Assembly (NCBI GenBank): GCA_026914245.1
Contig: CP110439.1
Coordinates: 2,108,001-2,172,000 of the forward strand
Direction: 5' to 3'
Origin: Puccinia triticina
Lineage: Eukaryota
DNA: 64,000 nt
Shown: positions 48,197-60,062 of the stretch, piece by piece
Position numbering within the stretch: the stretch's first letter is position 1
Layout of the letters: each line of letters begins with the position of its first letter
Notes under the pieces: generated by a model
The model's input: only the letters and a program-made list of their open reading frames with translations
Database searches by the model: none
What the model was told of the DNA's origin: nothing
Translations under genes and position numbers: made by a program

Positions 48197-48602
48197 GAGA
48201 TATGAGTCCACTTGGTGACCGGTAAAGACCAGTCATTGAGAGGAGAATGAGTCCCCTCAATGGCCGGTCTGACTGGTCATCGAGAGTTGCAACTCCCCTC
48301 AATGACCGGCACAGAACGGTCACTGGGAGGATATCTGAGCTGATCTGAGTACCCTCGATGACCGGTACAGACCGGTCATCAAGAGGTGTGACTCCCCTTG
48401 ATGACCGGCACAGGCCAGTCATCGGGTGGAGATCTCAGTCCCCTCAATGACCAGTGCAGACCGGTCATTGGGAGGATATCCAAATCCCCTCAATGGCCGG
48501 TCAGACCGGTCAACTGGCCATCAAGAGGTGTGATTTCCCTCAATGGCCAGTCAGACCGCTCATTGAGAGAAGTGAGTCCCCTCAATGACCGGTGCAGACC
48601 GG

Positions 48603-49746
48603 TGTGAGAACTCCTTTGGGACGGGTGGCAGTTCTGTGAGGGGGAAATAGCAGTTATAATATTTCAAGTATGTATGAAGCTTTTACAACTGTTACGGGTG
48701 GTTTGAAAGACCTGCCCCTCTATAATACTACACAAGAGTTATCACAACAAATTTATTTTATTGTTGTGGCAAACTAATGATAGAGATAACTATATGTAGC
48801 AGTCTCTAATCAAACCTAGATCAAACTTGAATTCAGTGGAAATGTTGAGTGGATACGGGGAAATGGAGTTGGTGGTGGAAATCAGTAGGAACGTAAGATA
48901 TGTTTTATATGGTTTATATGTTTATTGAGTGAGAGAAGTATGTGCGGAGATATAGAATGTTGAGAGCAAAAAAAAAGACTAATGGCAGATGTGAACTATT
49001 CAAAGTGTCTTTGCCCTCCTCCTTAACCTTCAGTTAAGAGTACAATGGGTTAAGATCACTTTGACTTGTTAAGGGCACAAGTGGTGATGCTTGCTACTTG
49101 ACTACTTATATATCTTCTGAGGTATGAAAGATGTTGATGGGCAACTTGATTGAGATCACACTAGTGGATTTATGTTGATTTTTGCTTGAAGCCTCTGAGT
49201 GAGATGTGTGTTCTGATTAGGATTGCCTGAGTGGCATGCTCCAACTGAGGAGGGAAAACATGCTCCTTATATAGTAAAATGTGAGGGATTTTTGCTGGTG
49301 GGGAAGTCAGGTGAGTTATTTATGCTGGTGTGACTTCTCCTGTGAGGGATTTTTGCTGCATGGAAGCTTCCATTGAGGTATTTTAGCTAGTGAGCCTTCT
49401 GATAAACGTGTGATCCAACATGTGACTGATGATGTCATGCGACCATACAGGGGTACGTGTGTGCACCTGTATAAACTACACCCTAACTATGTACTTATAC
49501 CTGATTCTATACTATGTACTACCAAATATAATTCTATAGTATTTGATTATGTTCTGTCACAAACAGTTTAATCCAAATAACTTTTGATTGAGTGGAGCTA
49601 GCCTAGTGGTTCAAGTGAGTGACTAGGGGTTAAATGACCTTTAGAATCTAATAATGCAATAATACATCCAAGAATATGCCTCCTTCTCATGTATTCAACC
49701 ATCACTTTATGTAATTTGATACTTGAAACAGATTTGGCACACCACA
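48603..49746 (-). mobile_element. Solo LTR (1144 bp), TGTGGT lineage
   Basis: TGTGGTG...TTCTCACA on the - strand; TSD CCGG (48599-48602 / 49747-49750); CCCCTAGTCAC motif at ~49619-49629. Confidence 0.92.
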
Positions 49747-50662
49747 CCGGTCATTGGGAGGATATCTGAATCCCCTCAATGGCCGGTCAGACTGGCCAAC
49801 CGGCCATTGAGGGGTGTGAGTTCCCTCAATGGCCAGTCAGACCGGTCATTGAGAGGAGTGAGTCCCCTCGATGACCGGTGCAGACCGGTCATTGGGAGGA
49901 TATCTGATTTCCCTATATGGCCAGTCAGACCAGTCATTGATAGTTGTCAGTCCCCTTGATGGCCGGCATAGACCGGTCATTGAGAGATGTGCAGACCGCC
50001 AAGGAGGTCAAAGCCACCCCGGCAAGCATGGACACATTCTCTGCTCAAAGCCAACTGCCTCGGATTTGGATTACGTCTGGATGACCCTGACCATTCACCC
50101 TGAGGAAAAAACCTCTGAAGCTGACCTGTAAACACTCAGACGAGTGTGTACAGGCCAGCATTTTGTCTGCCCAGGTGGAGGGACCTCGCAACATGTTGTG
50201 GTGTTCAGGTGGTTGCAAAGCATTTCAGCGCCCAGGGTTTTTTTCACCTGGTGTCATATGCGAACTGGGACTGATACGTAAAGGGCTGGGCTGAAGCTGT
50301 GTGTCCCCCCAGGGGATCTGGTTTTGTCCCACCTCCTCCCTGAAGGCCCCCTATTTCACTTGAGTAGGCCCCTTCTTGATTTGAAAAAACAAAAATTTAA
50401 AATTTAAACTTCAAACTCACACAAAACAAAAAATATGACCACAATGAAAACATACAAAAAAAGAAAATAAACTTAAACAAAACCAAAGATTTACACTTAA
50501 AAAACAAGTCTAAACTCAAACAAAAAAACAAACTTGAACTTTTTAAACTTAAAAAACACAAATATCCAACTTTCATTTTTTTGCCTGCAATTTCAATGAA
50601 ATGCAGCATGAACCCATGAAGTCAGTTTCTGTGAAACTGTGGTTTTAATAAACTTGGGCTTC

Positions 50663-51034
50663 GTTTGGAGCCAATATAAATATAGGTGATATAGTCATTG
50701 GGTAACTCAATGAAAACTACAAAATTCAACATAAAGCCTCCAAATATTTTTTCTAGGCAACCTACAATACTGGTCTCTTCAATTATGGAGTTAGATTCAA
50801 CTGATTCAGCCATATTCAGTACTGTAGTACCATTATATCGCTTTTGACCAAAACAAAGCAATATAATGGTATTATGGTTCTGAAGATGGCTGAATCAGTT
50901 AAATCTGACTTCATAGTTGATGAGACCAGTACTGTAGGTTTCCTAAAAAAAAATTGGATTCTTTATGTTGAGTTTTGTATTTTTTATTGAATTTACAAAT
51001 GATTATATCACCTATATTTATATTGGCTCCAAAC
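50663..51034. repeat. Fold-back inverted repeat (~180-bp arms), MITE-like
   Basis: GTTTGGAGCCAATATAAATATAGGTGATA... mirrors ...TATCACCTATATTTATATTGGCTCCAAAC around a short loop at ~50845-50855. No TSD seen. Confidence 0.8.
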
Positions 51035-51379
51035 AGGGCATTGGATCAGACCATTCAAGAGGAGTCTTTTGTTGCCGATCAAGACAAAGATCCAACTCCA
51101 AACAAAATCCAGCCACAGTCTTCACAAAATTGAATTTGTCTGAAGCTCAAAGCCCCTGCTAAACCAGCTACCCCCTGCCCGCCCCCCCTTCCCACCTGGA
51201 AGTGTGAAACGTTCAAGGCAACCAAACAGGAAAAAAGTGATGCAGACTTGTTTTTATTTTATTTTTGTTCACATGTTTATTCTCTTTATTTTCCGATCTG
51301 TTTTTTATCTTGACCGCAATTATATTTCTGCTTGTTACATGTTTTCCTTATTTTTTTTTAAAAAAGAAATGTGTAAATG

Positions 51380-51760
51380 GTTTGTGAAATATGGTGCGCA
51401 AAATTGTATTTACCCTGATCTTGATGTTATTTTACACCCTTTATTTTGCAATCCATGATGACTTGCGAAGAAATGGGTTGCAAAATTCTACTTAATGTAG
51501 GTATTCTGTAATTTTGCAAGTGATTTTTCTTGCGCAGCATATGAAGCGCAAAATATGTGTTGCAAAATTTGTATTCAGACCTATACTTTGGCATTTTACA
51601 AGCTTTATTTTGCCTACCTCCACTTTACAATACATCACTTTGGGGTGATGTGTTGTAAAATTCCATAATACATGGTACTTTGTATATTTTTGCGGCTCAT
51701 ACATTTTACAACCCATGTGAGTTGCAAAAAAAGGGTTGTAAAATTATAGCGACCCCTGAA
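51380..51760. repeat. AT-rich dispersed repeat with TTTTRCAAC/GTTGYAAAA motifs
   Basis: Homologous to the joined flanks of the CMC element (~24150-24305 plus 34774-34900). Confidence 0.65.
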
Positions 51761-51988
51761 AATTCATTCTTGGTGTGTGAGTTTGGGGAGCTAAAGGGGC
51801 AAGTCCCTCCTGACGCAGGCTCGCTTTGCGAGCTCCCCGGAAGTCTCCAGGGACTCCGTATGCATCTCAACCGCCCCCCGGCCGCAGCGGGGACGAGGGC
51901 TTGGATAAGTTTGTTGGAGCTTGGGGTTGGACCTCCTGAGGCCCCCCTCTGGGAGGGGAGGCGCTTCGCGCCTCCATCTCCGGACTTA

Positions 51989-53495
51989 CACCACAGGAGC
52001 AGGTCAACGTTCTGTTGACACTCCGCCTTCGCGTCCCCCAAACGTTGCTTTCCTCCACAGGGGGCAACGTTCTGACGCGGTCAGAAATTACCACAAAACA
52101 ATTGGTTGGCGTGGTTTTGGTTGTCACAACCACATCCCGGCGAAGAGGGGCGGGCGCGCCTACGTTGTTGGACCAACAAGGGTTCTGCACCTTTGTTTGC
52201 CAATAACTCTGGCAACGTTAAGTTGACGCATTTCCCTCCGCGCTCTAGAAGCGCATCGAGCGATCAAGCCCAGTGCCCACAACGTTGGCAACAGCTCAAT
52301 CCCGTGAGTGCAGAGAGACAAAAGGAACTCCCGCAGGCTCAAACCCACAGCTCATTCTTCCCAGCAGGCTTCCTTCCAAGGAGTTTCTTGCCAGTTACAC
52401 TACACAACACTGGCTATACCAATCATGTGGAATTGCAAAATTAATATCTAAGCAAACCAGTTTGCTTCCACTGTTCCACAAAAAAAAACATCAAAGGTAA
52501 AAAGAAAAAAGAAGAAAAAAAAAAATCAAAATCATATTGTCTTCTCAAACACTCACTTGGCATAGCATCTTTGCAGGTGGGCGCAGGAAAGCAAAAAAAA
52601 AAGAAAAGTTTCTGCAACCTGAGCGTCCAGAACTGGTTGGTCAGACCATCCCGTTCCAGAAACGCTCAAGTTGGGGGACCTCGCTGTCATGGAGAAGTTT
52701 TGGTTAATGAAAATGTCTTTTTGACGTTTTGTCAAGCGGTCCCAGGGACCCTGGCATCCTATCAACAAGTGGATCCTCAAAACGTTGTTTGGACGCTTGG
52801 GCAGGCTGTCCTTGCAACCCAAGTGTCCTATTGACCGCATGGCTTCAGCAAATGTCCTCCGGACTCCGGTGAAAGCGTCAGGATAACCCAGGTATCCCAA
52901 GAACAGCTGGGTTGAGGCCATCATCCTCTCAACGCCAAATCTTCCGTCAAAGGGACTTTGACGTCCCAGTGAAGAAATGGGAGCTCCGACTCGGAGAGAG
53001 GAGAGAACAGTGGCCTGAGGAAAAAATCTCAAGGCCAGGTTTTGAGAAAAAAGGAAGCCCAAAAAGAGGGCTAGTCTGCTAATTTGTGGGAGGAAAAAGG
53101 CTCCGCACTACAAGAGACTCTTTGGTCTCAGGGAAAAGGCGCAGAGGACTTATGATTCTTTATTCTATCTGTGCTAGTGATATAACCTATTATAACTAGT
53201 GGCCAGGTTGTGGGACAGAAGATGAAATGCATATGCATCTGCAGGGAAAGGAAAGAGTGTGACAGAGGAGCGGAGAAGGAAGAGAACAAGCTGTGAAATT
53301 CCAACACCCAGAAACCCCAGATCCCGCAACCATCGCGGTTGATGAGGACGTCAGTGAATACATTCCGTCTAAAATCTGTCCTGCGGCCATCAAGACAACC
53401 ACAACGTCCCCCCGCGGTCCTAGTGATTGCCAGGACGCGTGATTCCTGCGACTGTTTGGGCAACGTCCCGACTTCTCTCGATCGCTCCTGTGGTG
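51989..53495. mobile_element. Non-autonomous CMC/EnSpm-like element (1507 bp)
   Basis: Perfect 12-bp TIR CACCACAGGAGC / GCTCCTGTGGTG, TA on both sides, recurrent subterminal (C)AACGT(T) motifs, no transposase. Confidence 0.8.
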
Positions 53496-54912
53496 TAGAC
53501 AAGTTAGGGTTGGGCCATCGCGGTGCACGAGCAGTGGTCAAGGTTCATTATGTCCTGGCAATCGAGGACGATGTTGCTGGGTGCGATGCAGGTGTGAAAT
53601 AGAGCTGATCTGTAGTTAATCAAGCCTGCCGAGTACGTTGATGCGATCACCGTACAATATAGCTCAAGGAAGACTTGCAGTCCACTGCCATCTCTAGAAA
53701 GCAGACGGGCAGTAGATGGGCCATGGCGGCCATCCCGGTAGGAGGCGTGACAGGAGAATCAGAGAATGCATCATGCAGGATCTATCTGAAGGTGCAAGAT
53801 ATAACTTGAAGGGTGATTCGAAGGACAGGCACATGACGCGCACAGAGTCGGCTGGAAAACAGCAAAATGATTCAATGCACGGGACCTCTGAAGTGAATCA
53901 TCACAGCAGGTTGTCTTTTTTCGAGCGAATGGCCGCCTGTTTCTGTGCCTTGTCCACTACTAGATTCCCTTTTGATTCATCAGTGACTTCAATCCGGTCA
54001 AGCTCGAATATTCTTCTCCTGCTCATCGTGCCCCTCAGCTCTCACCACAAGCCATGTCCCGCCAGCCTCCGTCAGATAAGCTTCAAAACCCCCCCCAAGC
54101 GCTACCGGCCCGTAAGTGTTGATGTTTTGCTTTGGATTCTCATTCCATGTGCTCATTGCGTGGTCACACTGGCCGATGCTGTCACCATGCATCGCTTCAG
54201 AGGACTGCTCCGTAGAAACGTCATAAGCCATCCCTTCTTTGTTTCGAGCTGATCCCACTGGGAGCCTCGACAAGAAGAGAAATATCGATCGCGCACAACA
54301 TAAAATCCGGCAGTTGAACCTTCCTCCTCTTTCCTGATCGTTTTCCCCGATCACATCCACAGATGAGTCGACTCGCGTCCGGGAAGATTCCCCGGGTACT
54401 CCGAGGGCCATCGGGGACTGGATTACCACCACCTCCAATCACGCCCAGCCGTCTTCGCTTGCCGATCGCCTGTTACGTCATCAGCCCCAGCCATCCTTAT
54501 CGTCCTCCGGCTCGGCGGAGCTAGCTGACTTGAACCACGCCAGCACCGGCCCAAGTCATACTACCAAGTCAGTAGCCTGTCTCACCACAACCTGCGCTGG
54601 CCACCGAGTCCGCATCCATCTGCTGACTGGCCGTGTGTGTGTCCATCTATCCCCTCAAGTCCTAAACCATCCAGCGCTCACTCCAAGTCACTCTGGTCAT
54701 CCTTGGTCGACCCTGAAGAGTCTGATCAGGAAAACTCGCTCGACCTTGCGACCCCCCGCGGTAACCGTGCATACTCAAGCCGATCGCTCAGTCAACAGAG
54801 CAATAGCAGTCAATCCACCTCGCACGGTAACTCGCTTAATAGGCCCTTCGATTCATCTGTTTCTCTCGACACTCTCTTTGGCGTTCCGACTACCAAGCTC
54901 AGGCATAATCCC

Positions 54913-57900
54913 ATGTCTCGCCCCACCAAGGTCGACATGCCGCCGGCGGCCCAGTTTGGCGCCGATCCTGACCCTTCAGCGAATGGCCAATCTCAACCCA
55001 CGCGGAGTTCGGTGATTCGTGACTTCTCAAAGTTTTGCCCGTTCCCTACCCCCGGTTTGAAGGAGAAGAAATACTTCCCCGATTACAAATCTGTGGAAGA
55101 GCAACGGCTCGAGGAGGATGCTCAGAAACGTAGACATTGGAAGAGATGGGGTCCCTACCTCTCCGAACGTCAATGGGCCACCGTGAGAGAAGATTATAGC
55201 GCCAATGGTGATGCCTGGACTCACTTCCCGCATGAACACGCCCGCAGTCGAGCCTACAGATGGGGCGAAGATGGCCTGGGCGGTATCTCTGATAACCATG
55301 GGCGTCTCGCTCTCTCTTTTGCTCTCTGGAATGAGAAAGATCCTATCTTGAAAGAGCGATTGTTTGGCGTGACAGGTCATCAGGGTCAGTCAGACGTCAC
55401 TGTTGCATCGACAAGGAGATGCGAAAGCTTACGACTAATCCCACTCTGGGCTTCCGACGCCTCTCTTAGGTAATCACGGCGAAGACGTCAAGGAGATCTA
55501 CTACTATCTAGACTGCTCCCCGACCCATTCTTACATGAAGTATTTGTACAAATATCCTCAGCGCGAGTTTCCTTACAAAAAACTTGTTGATGAGTCCATG
55601 AACCGTAGTCGTGATGTGTCCGAGTTTGAGATTTTGGAGACGGATGCATTTGATGATAACAGATATTGGGATGTCTATGTTGAGGTGCGTTTTACTCCTC
55701 CTGTTGGGTTTTGCCCACTCTTTCCCACTAATTTCGGGAATTGGTTTAAAACTTTCCAGTATGCCAAAGACGAAGATAATGAAAACGGCATTTCTGTTCG
55801 AATCGCTGCCTACAACCGTGGACCGGACCCGGCGACTCTACACATAGTTCCTCAAGTGTGGTTCAGAAACACTTGGTCTTGGCCCAAGGAGAGGCCAACC
55901 GGAGAGCAGATGCCGTCCATGAAGGAGTCCACCACCCAGAAAGGCTCCGATTCGTCGCCTTTCACCGTCGACATCCATCATCCGGGGCTGGGCGACAAAT
56001 TCCATTTCTACGCCAACCCTAGTCCGGCACCCGCCTCCGCGCCAATTCGAGGGCAAGAGGTAATTGAAACGGAAGACATTGTTTGTCCCGAGTTACTCTT
56101 CACAGAAAACGAAAGCAACTTCGAGCGTTTGTATGGAGGCCAAAACCGATCGTTTGCGAAAGACGCTTTTCACGACCACATCATCCCGTCCCATCGTCCC
56201 TTATCTGATCGCCCAAAAGTTAAGAAAGTCAAGAAACAGCGTACCGCAGCTCCCGAAGACGTTTCTTCAGCAGGCAGTGGCTATCTTCCGCAGGTGGCCA
56301 GTGCTGTGGCTGACAACTTGTCGAAAGTCATGCCATCGTTGAATTTGGCCGGCGAGGAGGAAATGGAAGAGGAGGAAATCGTGGAAGAGCCGTATACTCC
56401 CCGACAATATGTGAATCCTGAAAAAAACGGTACGAAAGCCGGCGCGCATTACGTCTTTAAAGACGTTCCTCCACACGGGGGATGCGCGGTAGTTAGATTC
56501 AAGTTAACAAACCAAACGCTTGCCCAAGATCCGTCGATTTCTGATGAGGAGAAGTTTGATCAGCACTTGGAAGACCGTCGACAGGATGCGGATGAATTCT
56601 TTGCTAGACTCAACCCGGGCGAAGGTTCGGTCAACGGGTTAAGCGAGGATTTACGAAACATCATGCGACAAGCTTTGGCCGGAATGTTATGGACGAAGCA
56701 GTTCTATTACTTCGTCCAACGCGAATGGATCGCTGGTGACCCGGGCCAACCTCCCCCACCACCCGAGCGTAAATACATTCGAAACCGAGAGTGGAAGCAT
56801 ATGTATATCGAAGACATCCTGTCCATGCCTGATAAATGGGAGGTAAGTCATTGGTCCATCTAGGCTTTTTTGCCCTGTAACCAGATAAGCATTCACTAAG
56901 CACTAACGCGCCGTCTTTCAATGTAATAGTATCCGTTTTTTGCAGCATGGGACACCGCCTTTCACTGCATTCCGCTGGCCATGGTCGATCCGGCTTACGC
57001 TAAAAATCAGTTAGACATCATGACTCGGGAATGGTACATGAAACCTGACGGTGCTTTACCGGCCTACGAATGGAAGTTAGTCCCCATTCTGTGTTGAAAA
57101 TCAGATTTATTAACAGTCTGGCTGATCTCCCTGGCGCTTTGTGTTTCTATTATCTCAGCTTCAGCGATGTCAATCCTCCAGTTCACGCTTGGGCAACTTT
57201 TCGAGTTTTCAAAATTGAAAGAAAGATGTATGGGAGAGAAGATTTGCCATTCTTAGAAAGAGTCTTCCAAAAGTTGTTGTTAAACTTCACCTGGTAAGCA
57301 GCTGTCGCTCGCCCTTCATCTCGATGTGTTCCATTCTTGGCTCATGATATTGTATTCCGTCGCTGTCAGGTGGGTCAACCGAAAGGATGCCAGTGGACAA
57401 AACGTGTTCGAGGGTGGCTTCCTAGGTTTAGATAACATTGGGCTTTTCAATCGCTCGGAGCCATTACCTACTGGTGGCCACCTACGTCAAGCGGATGGAA
57501 CGGCTTGGATGGCGTTTTTCGCCCTCAACATGCTCAACATGGCTCTCGAGCTTGCCAAACACAATCCCGTATACGAAGACATTGCCTCCAAATTCTTCGA
57601 GCATTTCTTGTTCATCTCTGAGTAAGTCGATCGTTGATTTTTCACATTTAACCTTTGATGAGGTTAACTAAATTGCTGATCTCATATATTTGCTAACTGG
57701 ATTGTAGGGCGATGACTTTTGGGGACCCAAATGATGAGCAATCCAGTCTTTGGAATGATGACGACGGCTTTTACTATGATGCGATCAGCTGGGGAGTTGG
57801 TAATTCGACACAACTACCTGTTCGGTCCTTAGTTGGCTTAATTCCTCTCTACGCCACTTTGACTCTCGAGCCAGGGGTGCTGAAGCGCTTCCCAGGATTC

Positions 57901-59114
57901 AAGAAGAGAATGGATTGGTTTATTGAAAACCGTCCTGAATTAGCTACCAAGGGCATCATTGCTAACATGCGCGGGGTTGGTAAACATGAACGTAAGCTGC
58001 TGGCTCTGGCCAATGAGGACCGGTTGAAACGAATTTTGGAACGAATGTTGGACGAGTCTGAGTTTCTCAGTGCTTATGGAATCCGATCGTAAGTGAATGG
58101 AGATTATGGCTAATGGAAGCCATGAAAATGACAAACAAATTGTGTCGCCAACACGTTTTTTTATCTATAGGCTCTCATTGTACCATAAGGAGAACCCTTA
58201 CAAGATGCACGTGAACGGAGAAGAGTTCAGCGTAGACTACTGGCCTGCTGATTCGAAGAGTGGAATGTTCGGTGGAAATTCGAATTGGAGAGGGCCGATT
58301 TGGTTGGCCACCACATTCCTGCTCATCGAGAGTCTCCAAAGGTTCTATCAAGTGCGGGATTTTATTTCTTTGGATCTCGCTTGTCTGCCGCCATACCAGG
58401 ACTGACCGTGCTTTTCTGGCGTCCATAGTACCATGGGACCAACCTTAAAGTTGAATGTCCTAAGGGCAGTGGTGATATGCTCAACTTGGCCGCTGTAGCC
58501 GATGAAATCCAGCATCGAATTATCCATATTTTCGCACGTGACGCGGAAGGTAGGAGAGCTTGCAACGGAGGCTTGGACAGACTTGACAAGGATCCCTTTT
58601 TCCGTAACCACGTGTTTTTCCATGAAGTGAGTGGATCGGAGAGCTCATAACCTTCTGCAAACGTGATGAGTGGAATATGTCGGAAGATTGATGGATTTCC
58701 GGCTCTCCAGTTCTTTCACGCTGATACGGGCAAGGGTCTTGGCGCCTCCCACCAGACCGGATGGACAGGATTAGTGGCCTGGATGATCTTCCAAACGGGT
58801 AGCACTGCCCGTCTTCCAAGGACTCCACGAACCCCCCGCTCCTCGGCCGACCACTATTTCGCTGAAAGCGTCCCACCTACTCCCGGCGAGTCTGAACACA
58901 GCTATGACGAAGCTAGCGGCGGTGCCGGCTCGAAGACTGTCACCGAGGTCATGGGCGCTGAGTTGTCCCCAGACGAGGTAAGCTACTCCCCCCATAATAC
59001 TAGCCTCGGCTTCGATTTCGTATTGTTCTTCTATGTACTCTTGATGTACTTGATCAGCTAACAATTTGTTTTGTGTGTTTCTGGCATCATTGATGTCAAT
59101 CTGATTAGCTTTAA
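54913..59114 (+). CDS. Glycoside hydrolase family 63-like / MGH1-type glucosidase (yeast YMR196W-like), ~11 exons
   Basis: [94 protein letters not shown] and GASHQTGWT, joined in frame across 10 GT-AG introns. First ATG and last micro-exon are less certain. Confidence 0.9.
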
Positions 59115-60062
59115 AAACTCGCACTATCGTCTCTGGGTATGCCCTTCTTACACACGTCGAAAATTAACAGACAGAGCCTGTATTCAAATTTTCCTTATTT
59201 ATCACTTTTTCCCTATCTCCCTGAATGTTGTGTGACGCCCTTAAGGTATGTGTCTGAGTGTGCTATCACCTGTTGTTGTTTTCATTGATGCATAGAGTTT
59301 TCAAGATGTTGGATGCGGATCTACGTACATACATGCCTGTTAGAGAAGTCAAGATTGTATTACTATTTTTATCAGACATAAGCCACCAAGTCAACAGCGC
59401 TGAAACAAGAATAAAGAGGCTATCATTGGGCTTGTGATTCATTGTTCATTTGTGAAAATTATGGAACGGTGGACATTAGTTATCTCTCTACATATCTTCG
59501 CTACCTCCTGAGCAATGAGAATCAGATGTGACTACCAGAAGTGGTTGGAGAAGGGCCCCAAGCTTGGGAGGGATGATTTCACATGAGGCCTGGGGACTTT
59601 CCGACATTCAAAAGTATACGTAGTCAAACAGGCAACCTTACCAAGACTTGCTGGTGAACGTGATTCAGAGCAAGCTTTCACCAGCAAACAAGATTTAGAG
59701 GCTCCTGCTAAATCATGCCATTAGGCGACGGGAAGAGTCTTTCAGATGCACAGAAAGCAAGTTGATGTCAAGTTCTCCAGATCTGGACATCATTCCCAAT
59801 TTGCCTGGGAAATCAGTACCCATCAATTATAAAAAAATCTTACAGACAATGAATACCTTGACAGAAATGCTATTTCAGAGGTGATGATTGACAATCGAAA
59901 AAGAGAAAGAAACATGCAATCGAAATGGGCCAAATGAAAAGAATTTGCCAGACAACGACTCAAGAGTATTAAGAGACGACTCAAAAAACGAATCCGCCAA
60001 ACGTATAGCACTGGCAGGAATAGGAAGATTCGGTAGGATCTAAAGAGAGCAAATTCTATCGC

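Larger units (their letters stand above)
47735..49990. repeat. Tandem array of ~40-45-bp palindromic units, interrupted by two insertions
   Basis: Unit TCCCCTCAATGACCGG-N4-GACCGGTCATTGAGAGG at 47735-47767, 48197-48602 and 49747-49990; decayed copies at 44468-44590. Confidence 0.88.

Noticed and set aside
48197..49990. CRISPR/REP-like palindromic array
   Set aside because: Linkers are only about 5-15 nt and are themselves repeated; no associated nuclease gene.
51830..51990. RNase P/MRP or SRP RNA
   Set aside because: Only a superficial AAGTC/GACTT match; the other conserved regions are not recognisable, and the 3' end abuts a transposon TIR.
52553..54500. Several 100-180-aa ORFs
   Set aside because: They overlap on both strands, have no domains or coherent splice pattern, and partly lie inside a non-autonomous transposon.
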